A DNA stretch of 64,000 nt from Macrostomum lignano (lineage: Eukaryota): contig NIVC01000077.1 of assembly GCA_002269645.1 (NCBI GenBank), positions 62,001 through 126,000 of the forward strand. Reading direction: 5' to 3'. This document shows, piece by piece, positions 26,760 to 37,910 of the stretch (position 1 is its first letter; each line of letters starts with the position of its first letter). Position numbers and translations under genes: made by a program. Under the pieces are notes generated by a model. It was not told the DNA's origin. It saw only the letters and a list, made by a program, of their open reading frames with translations, and searched no databases.

Positions 26760-27600
26760 TCAATTCATCTGTGTGAACTCTTCCTCTTCCTCTAGTTCGT
26801 ACAGTGCTCCAATGATCCGCTCTAAGCTGCAGCGCTTCACAAACACTTAGTAGCCAATGACGTATTTTATGTATTGATTAGCCAGGAATAGGGGCGGTGA
26901 ACTAAGGCATAGTGTAATAACGATAATAATTGCAGGAGGGCTGTGGGGCACCCTGGCGCCTTTTGCGACACCGTCCTACAAATAGCGCTGACGGCAATTC
27001 TGCCCGTTCCACTGACTTCACTGACTCCAATACTGTACGCAGGCACGCTTTCGTACACACGCTCACACAGGGTGTACACCGGGCCTTTGAATTTCTAATC
27101 GTCAGGCAGGTACACTCTCTGTGTGTCTTCGCGGTTGGCCCGTCCTCATGGATTCGAACCAGGGGTCGTGAAGTATATGAGGCTCAGTAGTGCAGAATGC
27201 TGGGGAAAATGCAGCTACTGAAGCCCAGACTGCAATACGTGTTCTCCTCTGACTTTGCTCGGTAATGTCGACGAAATTGCTAACTTTTTTGTCTTGTAAT
27301 TGGATACCGCTGAGACTCTCGAGCAGGCAGGTGTTCATTTCTTTGTGTGCCTTTTGCCGTACAGCTCTTCTGCGCACTGCTTGATAAACATGAGCTTGCA
27401 GTGAGCAAGGCTACAGCACAGATGATGATGCGTGTCGTTGTTACCATGGGAGACCAAGGGGAAAGATGAATCGATAATGGGCGATGTTTTTGTTCAATAG
27501 GTGACATAATTATTTTTCGCTGCGACTTACGAAAGATCGTACGAAATACCCAGGCCAATATCTGTGCCCACGCATGGATCGAACCCAGGATCTTAGTACC
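26760..27600 (-). pseudogene. Coding-like, multiply frameshifted minus-strand segment; best guess is a degraded membrane-protein (class A GPCR-like) fragment
   Basis: Fragments in shifting frames: YRFIFPLGLP/MVTTTRIIICAVALL (hydrophobic), VYQAVRRRAVRQK, RRTRIAVWASVAAFSPAFC and GPVYTLCERVY. Their order loosely resembles TM5-ICL3-TM6-TM7. No continuous ORF, and the identity is uncertain. Confidence 0.2.
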
Positions 27601-28217
27601 TCTCCATTTTGCATCTTGTTATAAACCAGAGAATTTGTTAATTCTCAACAACGAACTCATGCAGCGTTTTTGAAGTTCTTTCTCGAAGGACCTCGAACCA
27701 ATTTCTAGAATACTCTGGAGACTCGCAAACTTGTGAGTACTTTCCCGCATTTAAATTTCTGTTTATGATTAATTCTGCCTATTTATTTGCTTCTTGGAAA
27801 ATAAATATTTTAATAGTGAAAATCCTATGCTTATAGCTCTGCAGCGAATAAGGCAGCTTAGATACTGGAGCGCCTCGTGCAATGCTTAGTGCAACTAACT
27901 GACAAATCCTTAGCACTCTAATGGAGACTCGCTGTACTCGTAGGATTAGCCATGCCAATCAAAATCACAAGATGCAATAGGCTTTGTCATTAAAGAGACA
28001 ACTAACTAGCTAGCTAGTTGTCTGTAATGCCTAACTGTTGAGAAAAGCCTTTTGCGTCTCTTCAAAAAGCATCCAGGCATTGAAGAGCTTATTATTTATC
28101 TTGAGGGGAAATTGCGAATGAGGCAGACTGTAAGTAAAAAGGCCCTGAGAAAAAGAGTAAGAAACTAGATAGAAGCTCAGAGGTACAAGCAACGGAGTAT
28201 CTCTTAAAGATAACAGA

Positions 28218-28790
28218 AGGGTGAGATTCAGAGATGACAGGGTGAGATTCAGAGATGACAGTGTGAGATTCAGAACTGACAGGGTGAGATTCAGCAATAA
28301 CAGTATGAGATTCGGAGATAACAGTGGGAGATTCGGAGATGACCAGGGTGAGATTCGGAGATGTCAGGGTGATTCAAAGGTGACAGGGTAAGATTCAGAG
28401 ATGACAGGGTCAGATTCGGAGATGACAGGGTGAGATTCAGAGATGACATGGTGAGATTTAGAGATGACAGTGTGAGATTCAAAGATGACAAGGTGAGATT
28501 CAGCAATAACAGTATGAGATTCGGAGATAACAGTGGGAGATTAGAAGATGAAAGTGGGAGATTCAGAGATGACAGTGGGAGATTAGAAGATGAAAGTGGG
28601 AGATTCAGAGATGACAGTGGGAGATTAGGAGATGAAAGTGGGAGATTCAGAGATGACAGTGGGAGATTCGGAGATGTCAGGGTGATTCAAAGGTGACGGG
28701 GTAAGATTCAGAGATGACAGTGTGAGATTGAGATTACAGGATAAAATAAAAAATGGCAGGGTGAGATTTATGAAGGGTGAGATTTGAAAA
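28218..28790. repeat. Degenerate 21-bp minisatellite
   Basis: Unit GACAGGGTGAGATTCAGAGAT with variants. Confidence 0.88.
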
Positions 28791-29272
28791 GCTCTAACAA
28801 GTACTTCACCCCTAAGCAATATCCTTAGATTTGCAGTTGAATGCACTTTAGTAGCAACAGGCCACAAGCAGATGAGACAGGGTGGGGGAAAACAGTCGCT
28901 TCAAAGGCTGCGCGTGCTGCATCTCAATCCCCCCCAATGCCAATTCGAATTAAGGCTATGCAGGCCTAGAATCCCGAAAGAAACGGGTTTCCGAAGCAGA
29001 CAAAAAGCAGCCAAGAAAGTAACAGAATCCGATTTCCTTCTACGCTGCGTGACTCTCAATGATCTGGGCATGAAGGAATTTCTCCCTAAGCGGGTAGTCT
29101 CAGGGTCGATTAGCCAGTCTTTTCCAGATGGGTCGGATTTCACTTTTGCCGCGCTATGGGCAAGCAATTCCGGAAGCATTTCCTGGAAAGGCTGGACAAA
29201 GCATGTACAATTTTATTTTGTCTGCATGTTTCGTTTGTGCACATGCTTAAGTAACTCAGCATTTTTCTGCTT

Positions 29273-29562
29273 TCCCCAGCCTCAGTCACTCCCCAGCCTC
29301 AGTCACTCCCCAAACACACTCACTCTCCAGACTCAGTCACTCTCCAGACTCAGTCACTCCCAGCCTCAGTCACTCCCAAGCCTCAGTCACTCCCCAAACA
29401 CAGTCACTCTCCAGACTCAGTCACTCTCCAGACTCAGTCACTCCCAGCCTCAGTCACCCCCCAGCCTCAGTCACTTCCCAGCCTCAGTCACTCCCAAGCC
29501 TCAGCCACTCCACAGGATCAGTCACTCCCAGTTTTAGCGACTTCTCAGGATCAGTCACTCCC
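29273..29562. repeat. ~17-bp pyrimidine-rich repeat just upstream of the SLC35F acceptor
   Basis: Core CAGCCTCAGTCACTCCC, with a longer block duplicated. Confidence 0.85.
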
Positions 29563-29590
29563 CAGGCTCCTCCCCTTCTCCATCGTGCAG

Positions 29591-32500
29591 ACGCAAACCT
29601 GTCTGAGACGTTGGCCTCCAGCTACGCCAGCCTCCGCCGCGGCAGCATCATCACCCCGCAGCAGCTTCAGCAGATGCAGCATTCGATAGGCGGCATCAGC
29701 GGCAGTCGGCCGCAGACCCGAACCAGCCGAGGCAGCTTAGGCGACGGCCTGATCATCCTGGAAGATCCTCAGCAGCAGGCTACGGCTCCGCCACCGATAG
29801 CTGGCGCAGTTGGTCCGAGGAAGCCGGCCAGCAAGCGGGTGGCAGCCGGGGCGGCCCTCACCTGCGCGGTTGCCGCGCTGTGGGTCACCTGCGTGAACTG
29901 TGCCAGAGAAGTCTACGGACTTCGACAGTCGACCCTGGGCGGCAGCGGCGGCGTCAGTTCGGGTGGCTTCAATGATAGCGGAAATGAAAGCGAGTGGTTA
30001 GCAACGACCATGACAACCGCCGTAACCAGTGGCAGCGGTGGGATCTCGGCGGCTACCACTGCGCCAACTACTTCTGCTGCTGTTGCTGCTTCGAGTAGCA
30101 GCCAGGCATCAGCGGCTGTGCCATTCTTTCTTGCCTACGTTTCTTCCAGTCTGATGGCCGTGTTCTACCCGGTGTACTTGGCCTGCTCCTCGCTGTGGCT
30201 GTCAGCAGATCTGAGCCAGCTCAAGGATCTGCACAGGCAGGTTGCTGGGGAACCTGAGGAAAATGACTGAGTCTACCTGGGAACAAAAGTTTGAGTTCGG
30301 AGAGGCAGGGTAGGTGAGGTTTGGAGAGATGCGGTAGAGTGCTGACTGAGAGAGGTAGAGAGCTGACTGAGAGAGGTAGAGAGCTGACTAAGAGAAGTAG
30401 AGAGCTGACTGAGAGAGGTAGAGAGCTGACTGAGAGAGGTAGAGAGCTGACTGAGAGAGATAGAGAGCTGACTGAGAGAGGTAGAGAGCTGACTGAGAGA
30501 GGTAGAGAGCTGACTGAGAGAGATAGAGAGCTGACTGAGAGAGGTAGAGAGCTGACTGAGAGAGGTAGAGAGCTGACTGAGAGAGATAGAGAGCTTACTG
30601 AGAGAGGTAGAGAGCTGACTGAGAGAGGTAGAGAGCTGACTGAGAGAGGTAGAGAGCTGACTGAGAGAGATAGAGAGCTGACTGAGAGAGGTAGAGAGCT
30701 GACTGAGAGAGGTAGAGAGCTGACTGAGAGAGGTAGAGAGCTGACTGAGAGAGGTAGAGAGCTGACTGAGAGAGATAGAGAGCTGACTGAGAGAGGTAGA
30801 GAGCTGACTGAGAGAGGTAGAGAGCTGACTGAGAGAGGTAGAGAGCTGACTGAGAGAGGTAGAGAGCTGACTGAGAGAGGTAGAGAGCTGACTGAGAGAG
30901 GTAGAGAGCTGACTGAGAGAGGTAGAGAGCTGACTGAGAGAGGTAGAGAGCTGACTGAGAGAGGTAGAGAGCTGACTGAGAGAGGTAGAGAGCTGACTGA
31001 GAGAGGTAGAGAGCTGACTGAGAGAGGTAGATATTCAAGATAGCCCAAGCCCTAAACTGGATATCAATATCGGATATTTCTAATGAAAATTTATACTAAT
31101 GAGCAGAGCTGAATGATATGGGCAATTCTGCCTGTACTTTCATGTCGGATTTCCTGCTATTTTTGCGAGCAAAGCTCGAGCTGCTGTGAGAAGGTAAACA
31201 AAAGACAGGAGGCGAGGGGACAAGGCGGAGGGAGATGGGATAGAGTGACAGTGGGATCAAATGCGGAGCATAAAGGAAGGAAGGGCAGCAGCGATTGATC
31301 CGGGGTCTCCATATGCCGGATTATTTTTTACCGGTTTTATTTGCCCCGAACTTTCCCCGTGTCTACTCAACCGAGTGCGAGCGTACTAGCAAGGGCTTAG
31401 TCAAATCGTTTTTTCTTTAACAAAGTGCTTAGTGATTGAGATGTAGTCACGGAAGAGAAGAGAAGTAGACAGGATAGAATTAGACAGCGAGTGAGAGAAG
31501 TAGACAGCAAGGACAAGAAGTAGACGGAGTGAGAGTAGACAAGCAGTGAGAGAAATAGACAGGGAGTGAGAAAAGTAGACAGCTAGGGATAGAAGTATAC
31601 AGGGAGTGAGAGAAGTAGACAGGGAGTGAGAGTAGACAAGGGGTGAGAGAAGTAGACAGGTAGTGACAGAAGTAGATAGTGAGAGAGAGAGAAAAAGACA
31701 GGGAGTGAGAGAAGTATACATGGAGTGAAAGAAGTAGACATGGAGTGAGAGTAGATAGGGAGTGAGAGTAGACAGGGAGTGAGAGTAGGTAGGGAGTGAG
31801 AGTGACAGGGAGTGAGAGTAGATAATGAGTGAGAGTAGACATGGAGTGAGAGTAGATAGGGAGTGAGAGTAGACAGGGAGTGAGAGTAGGTAGGGAGTGA
31901 GAGTGACAGGGAGTGAGAGTAGATAATGAGTGAGAGTAGACAGGGAGTGAGAGTAGATAGGGAGTGAGAGTAGATAGGGAGTGAGATTAGACAGGGAGTG
32001 AGTGTAGATAGGGAGTGAGAGTAGACAGGGAGTGAGAGTAGATAGGGAGTGATAGAATTAGACAGGGATTGAGAGAAGTATGCAACCAATAAGAGTTTGG
32101 TAGGGTTCATTCCGACTGCTCAGAGTGCAGCCACGCTTCCAGATCGTGGAAATTTTCTCAATTTTATTAATTGGAAAAATGGCAGCATTGCAACAATGAG
32201 GCAGTTTTGCTATACAAAAATTCGTATTCCAAAATCAGAAATCAATTTCTCTAGAGCAATTTTATAGTCAGTGAATACAGAGGTAGAGATTAATGTGGAC
32301 TGTGGCAAGCTGAGAAGGGAAAAGGGAGATGCAATACGTTAATCGGTGGGGGGAGGAAGAAAATGAAAGAATTTTCGAGAAGCAGACACACGAAGGCCAG
32401 GAGAGAGTGGCTCGTATTCAGGGATTTTAGGAGATTCAGTGGAGCACGCGAAAGAGGGAAGGGGAGAGAGGATGGGAGATAGAAGGTGGAGAATGGACTA

Positions 32501-35268
32501 CTCTACTTTAATGGAAGAATTAAGGACCAGTCGAGAGTAGAAGAGAGATTGTGAAAATATAGAATAGATGATAGACTAGAGGGAGAGAGTGAAAACATGG
32601 GGGAGGGGAGAGTAAAGGATAGAGAAACGGGATGGAGAGAGATTCAAAGATTGAGAGTGAAGAGGAGAGATGGAGAGTGAAGGGGAGAGATGGAGAGTGA
32701 AGGGGAGAGATGGAGAGTGAAGGGGAGAGATGGAGAGAGATGGAGAGTGAATGGGCGAGATGGAGAGAGTTGGAGAGTAAAGGGGAGAGATGGAGAGAGT
32801 TGGAGAGTAAAGGGGAGAGATGGAAAGTGAAGGGGGAGATGGAGAGAGTTGGAGAGTAAAGGGGAGAGATGGAGAGAGTTGGAGAGTAAAAGGGAGAGAT
32901 GAAGAGTGAAGGGGAGAGATGAAGGTGATAGAGAGAGATGAAGGTGATAGAGAGAGATGGAGAGTGAATGGGCGAGAAGGGGAGAGATGGAGAGTATAAA
33001 AGGGAGAGATGGATAGTGAAGGGGAGAGATGGAGAGTGAAGGGGGAGTTAGGGAGAAAAGCAGCCACAAGACCCGGGACTCAAATTGATACAGAACGGAT
33101 AAAATGGATGAAGTCAGCTGTTGGACTCAGCCAGCCCTGTTCTCCAAACCCGCAGGCTCAACATGGTGATTCTATCCGGTGAGCTGAACAAACCGGCCGT
33201 ATTCGCTCTCCGCGCGTCGGCATTCACCACAGTGTGGATGCTGATGCTGTACTGCCTGTACAGGGCCCTGACTGCAGTGCCTTCGCTGGAGCTGGTGGCC
33301 ATGTTCGCTATGACGCCATCATTCACGTACCTGCTGGGCTGGGTGATTCTGCACAGGAAGTTTCTGGGCATTAGGGTAGGTCCTTATTATAGCCTTGGGC
33401 TTCGCATTGCTGCGAGCGTGTTAGTTTTTGCTAGTTTTTTCGTTTTTTCTTTGTTTAGAAATGACTGATGAGAGGCTGAGGAATGGGTGGCAGATGGTGA
33501 AGTAGAGAGTGTGCGGAAACTTCAGCAGTAGATTTCTACCAGGTATTAGAAAATTAGGGGCTTAGGGCTGGAGAGCCAGATGTTGAAGGTGAGAGAAGAG
33601 GGTTGTAGGAGTGAGTAGAAAAGGTACTCGTAAAGCAGATATGAGAGGAGGAGATAGCGCAAAGGAGAGGGTAGAGAGTAGAGTAGAATAGAGCGAAGAG
33701 TAGTGGAGACAGTAGAGTCAATTAGAGGAGAGAAGAGGAGAGCGTAGAGTAGAGAAGAGATTAGAGTAGAGTAGAGTAGAGAAGAGCGTAGAATCAAGTA
33801 GAAGAGAAGCAAGTAGACAAGAGAAGAAAAGAGAGTAGAGAAGAGAGTAGAGGTGAGAGGAGAGGAGAGTAGAGTAGCTTACTGTGTAGATTAGAGAATA
33901 GAGATGAGAGGAGAGGAGAGAGAAGTCTGCGGGAGAGACGTCAGGGAGGGAGACAAGAAGAAGCAGGCTATCGGGAGCAGGTCAGAGACCCAGGTACATG
34001 AAGGCAGTGGGGACCGAGAGATTAAAGAATGAGATTAAGAATCAGAATCAGAAATGAGGATCTCAATCAGATTTGCAGACTCCCCAGTCGGAAAAATTCA
34101 AAGGCTCGCCAAGGCTACCTATCTCTAATCCCTCAGCAAATCCCTTAATCCCAATGCAATCCTGTATTTTCTGCAGTTCAGGCAGTCTATGGAAGCAAAC
34201 ATTTTGTGAGCTTAAAATTGACTACATTTTGGCGTGTCTTCATTGGCACCTGACTGCCGCTAATTACTTTTTTTCTAGTCGCTAATTAACTTTTCTGCTT
34301 ATAAAAAGAAGTCAGAACAGAATTTTCGGCTGCCCGAGAATGCGAGTAATGACTTCACGCTTTTCTCCCAAAGCCACCTGGGAGACTTTCACCGCCCGGC
34401 TGTAAATCATCGTGCAGACCGCCGGCTTGATTAGAAAACACGCAATTTATCCATCTGGATAATGCTTCTTTTGCTTCTCTCTCTCGCGATGAGCAGAGAT
34501 AGCTAGCGTTGTATAGTTGAGCTGCAATTCGTGACAGCGAGTAAATGATTGATTGCTCCATTCGACTTGCGCCAGATGGGAGTTGTAATAATACGCTCGT
34601 AAAAGCTATGAATAATAATAATTAGAATCGTTAATTTATGGTCAATAGCAGAAGTTTTACGGGTGGCAGCGAGCGGACGGCAGCTACTTGAGATGACGTG
34701 ACAAAAGTTGTCCAGCTTCAAAACTCATAGAACCCTAACTATACTCATATTTGAGTTCCTCTTTCCTCCCTCTCGCATTGACCCGTACAAAAGTAAGGAG
34801 CTAACACATAATGGCAGCAATAAGATGAGAGCAGGAGGTGCGCTGAACAGTCTGTAAGCGCCATCCAGTTTTCAGGTCAATGCTGCATCCAGCGCATTCA
34901 TTTGCGTGCACTCTGAGCAGCTCGAGTCTGAACTCGGATCGATTGAACGTTTTTATTAAATTGAGGTTTGCCACCAGCAGCAATATAGGCTGACGTAACT
35001 ACTCAATAGTAGAAGTAGTACTGTAAAGATTTTCATTTAAAATCTGATTAAAGATTAAGTCTGCATCAATATCGATTTTTTCAAAACCAATGTCAGCATT
35101 TCCCGTTACTTATTGAGCAACTTATTGCGCGGTATTTTGCCAGATAATCGCATTCCTGCTGGGCAGCAGCGGCCTCATTCTGCAGATCTACTCGAATAGG
35201 GCCAGCATGTGGCTGAAGGTGCTGGGCGCCGTGTCTGGCGGCGGCTTTGCCGTTTTTAGAGTGAGTCT

Positions 35269-35359
<91 letters not shown>

Positions 35360-36182
35360 GCCTGTCTGCCTGTCTGTCCGTCTGTTGTCTTTAGCCCATT
35401 GCTCTTGTCCATTGCAGACGGTCCTGGACCGAATCCTTGTCAACTATATTCCTCACCTGGGCCAGGTGCTGCTTGTTCTATCCGTCGTTGGTGAGTTGAG
35501 TCTCTGCTTCTTAAAAAATACTACATGGCAATAAAATATAACTGTTGGTACAAACCACTGGAACCCGCAGGCGTGAGCACCCTGCTCACGCTGTGGCCCC
35601 TCGTGCTCCTGCTGTCCGTGTTCTTCAACGTCGAGCCCAGCTTGAACGCGGCCACGCCCTGGTCGTTTGTGTTCGGTGCCGCCGCTTGCAATTCGCTCAC
35701 CTTTCTGCTGCTTAATCTGGGCAATTTTCTCACCTATCAAATCTTTGTGAGCCTGGGATTGCTGACGGCTGTTGGGCTGGACTTTGGTGAGTTTTAAAAA
35801 TTGAAATATCAATTTTGATCCCCATTCGATATTTGCTTTGCCAAAATATTAAAATTGAATAAAGTTTTTAGTATAAACAGAGTTTCAAGGGACACTTGAC
35901 ATTCAATTTACAAGTTGAAAGTACACCCGCACTCCGCCACACCCCCATCATCCAGTGGTGCAAGTTGCCTGGCTGAAAACCCTGCGTTTTACGGCGCCAA
36001 GCGAATTTGGCGGTCAATTCGGCGACTTCTCAGCGATGGTTGTGGCGGGCGTACTACTTATAGTAGTATCGTTCTTTCTCACATTTGCACCGGAGGGCTG
36101 GCACAAGAAGTTGGCATCGGCGTTCGGCATCGATCAGAACGCGCTGGAGTCGGCAAAGAAAGTTCGCAGAGTTGTGCGATAA
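29591..36182 (+). CDS. SLC35F3: SLC35F3/SLC35F4-like drug/metabolite (thiamine-transporter-like) protein; first coding exon unresolved
   Basis: Exons 29591-30236, 33156-33375, 35144-35260, 35418-35490, 35571-35786 and 35956-36182 are phase-consistent if intron 30237-33155 is GC-AG. Motifs PFFLAY..VFYPVY, VWMLMLYCLYRAL, FTYLLGWVILHRKFLGIR-IIAFLLG, PWSFVFG, LNLGNFLTYQIFVSLG and FLTFAPEGW align with recalled SLC35F3/F4. A candidate phase-1 upstream exon is 29226-29250. Confidence 0.85.
30335..31030. repeat. 21-bp purine-rich minisatellite in an SLC35F intron, about 33 copies
   Basis: Unit GAGAGAGGTAGAGAGCTGACT. Confidence 0.97.
31440..32080. repeat. Degenerate ~17-bp purine-rich repeat
   Basis: Core AGTGAGAGTAGACAGGG. 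Confidence 0.88.
32440..33055. repeat. Purine-rich low-complexity repeat
   Basis: GGAGAGATGGAGAGTGAAGG-like units. Confidence 0.85.
33590..33930. repeat. Purine-rich (AGTAG/AGAGG) low-complexity tract
   Basis: Direct reading, in SLC35F intron. Confidence 0.75.
35270..35380. repeat. (CTGT)n microsatellite
   Basis: Direct reading, in SLC35F intron. Confidence 0.95.
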
Positions 36183-36548
36183 AAATTGCTGTGAATCTAC
36201 ATTTGATTGCGTCACATACTGTCTGGTTTCTATGATACCAATTTTTTAAACTAATTGATGTCAATATTTTCTACCAATTTACTGCTTACTAATTTCTCAA
36301 ACTTTTCTTGAATCACAAACTTTTTCATTCTTTTACTCATAACAATCATGTACTAGAGTAACTTGTTTGAAAAGCTTTGACGAAACAAATTGAATTTTCA
36401 AGGTAAAATATACTGTTTTTATCGAACTGCCTACTTGCAAGTAGGCTGCAGGACAAGGCGGTGTACTATTCTTTGTTTATTAAATTATGCTAAGGCAAGT
36501 TATTAATAGTTAAAATTGTTTCGTATCATTCTTAATCACATTTCATTT

Positions 36549-37050
<502 letters not shown>

Positions 37051-37910
37051 TATCACTACAGGCCAAACCAGCACAGAGCAGCTGCTCTCTCCCAGCTCCA
37101 AGCTCTCTTGTGTTCAAGAGGCCACTGCTCAGATCGATTTCATTGAACAAAGTTTGGCCCGCGGTGCTTCTCAAACTCAAAGCGACTTGCCAAATAACTT
37201 ACAGCTAAGGAGGGATCTCTCGCTCCCTCTCTCCCCTCGCTCTCTAGGCGCATGCAGAACTGCAGAGAAACTCAGTCTAACCAAACCAAGCCCCTCTCGG
37301 TCCCCTTCGTGAACTCGCATGTCTCAGCCACCTTCTCGTGCGCTGCACTTGCCGCCTCACTCGCCTCCGAAAATATGCATGGCGGCGGGGAGCGTTGGAA
37401 AAAAGTTCCGACTTCCAATTCCCCCCGTCGATTTCTTGATTTTCTGCCCTCACACGCCAGGGTCCGGAGCAGCAGGCGCATTCGATTCATATCTGAACGG
37501 CGGGCGACTCCTTGCGAAATCCGTGCTCAACCAGTTTACAGGCCTTTTTGCTTTCTTGCTTTCTGCGCTGCTGCTCACCGGTTATTTTTGTTTGTTGCCA
37601 GGCAAAATAATTGAGAGGGAGAGGAAGCCAGGGTAGAGAGAGGGAGCGGACATGAGCAACAGGAGTGGCTATGAGAAGAGGCATCGGTAGAATTTCTATT
37701 TTTTGCCTAGCGACTCGCTCTGTACGGCCCCGGACCAATGCCGAGTGCGCGCCAATCATTCTCCTTGCCGTCTTGGCACGCACAGACGCCTGTCCGCTTC
37801 TGCATAAGTCAACTGTTTCGGATCGACTGCTGTACTGCGATATGTAATATTAACAGTACCACTATAGAAAGCAAATTAGGCGTTAATTACACTGTAAGTG
37901 CCGCATTATA

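Noticed and set aside
27140-27600. tRNA B-box-like motifs (reverse-strand GGTTCGAATCC near 27150 and GGTTCGATCC near 27580)
   Set aside because: No A-box or cloverleaf could be built.
28872-29537. 221-aa ORF upstream of the SLC35F exon
   Set aside because: Its 3' half is a tandem repeat and it has no family motif. At most a short part is the first exon.
30221-33069. LPLSVSS, ELTERGR and Ser/Leu-rich ORFs
   Set aside because: Products of intronic purine-rich repeats.
34355-34983. Short minus-strand ORFs in an SLC35F intron (also 39187..39372 and 42944..43138 in the Ly6 intron)
   Set aside because: Under 80 aa, with no motifs or supporting splice structure.
37252-37847. ORFs upstream of the Ly6 gene, including a hydrophobic stretch (37319..37636)
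   Set aside because: No recognisable domain. The Ly6 signal peptide is better explained by exon 37911-37968 with a GTAAGT donor.
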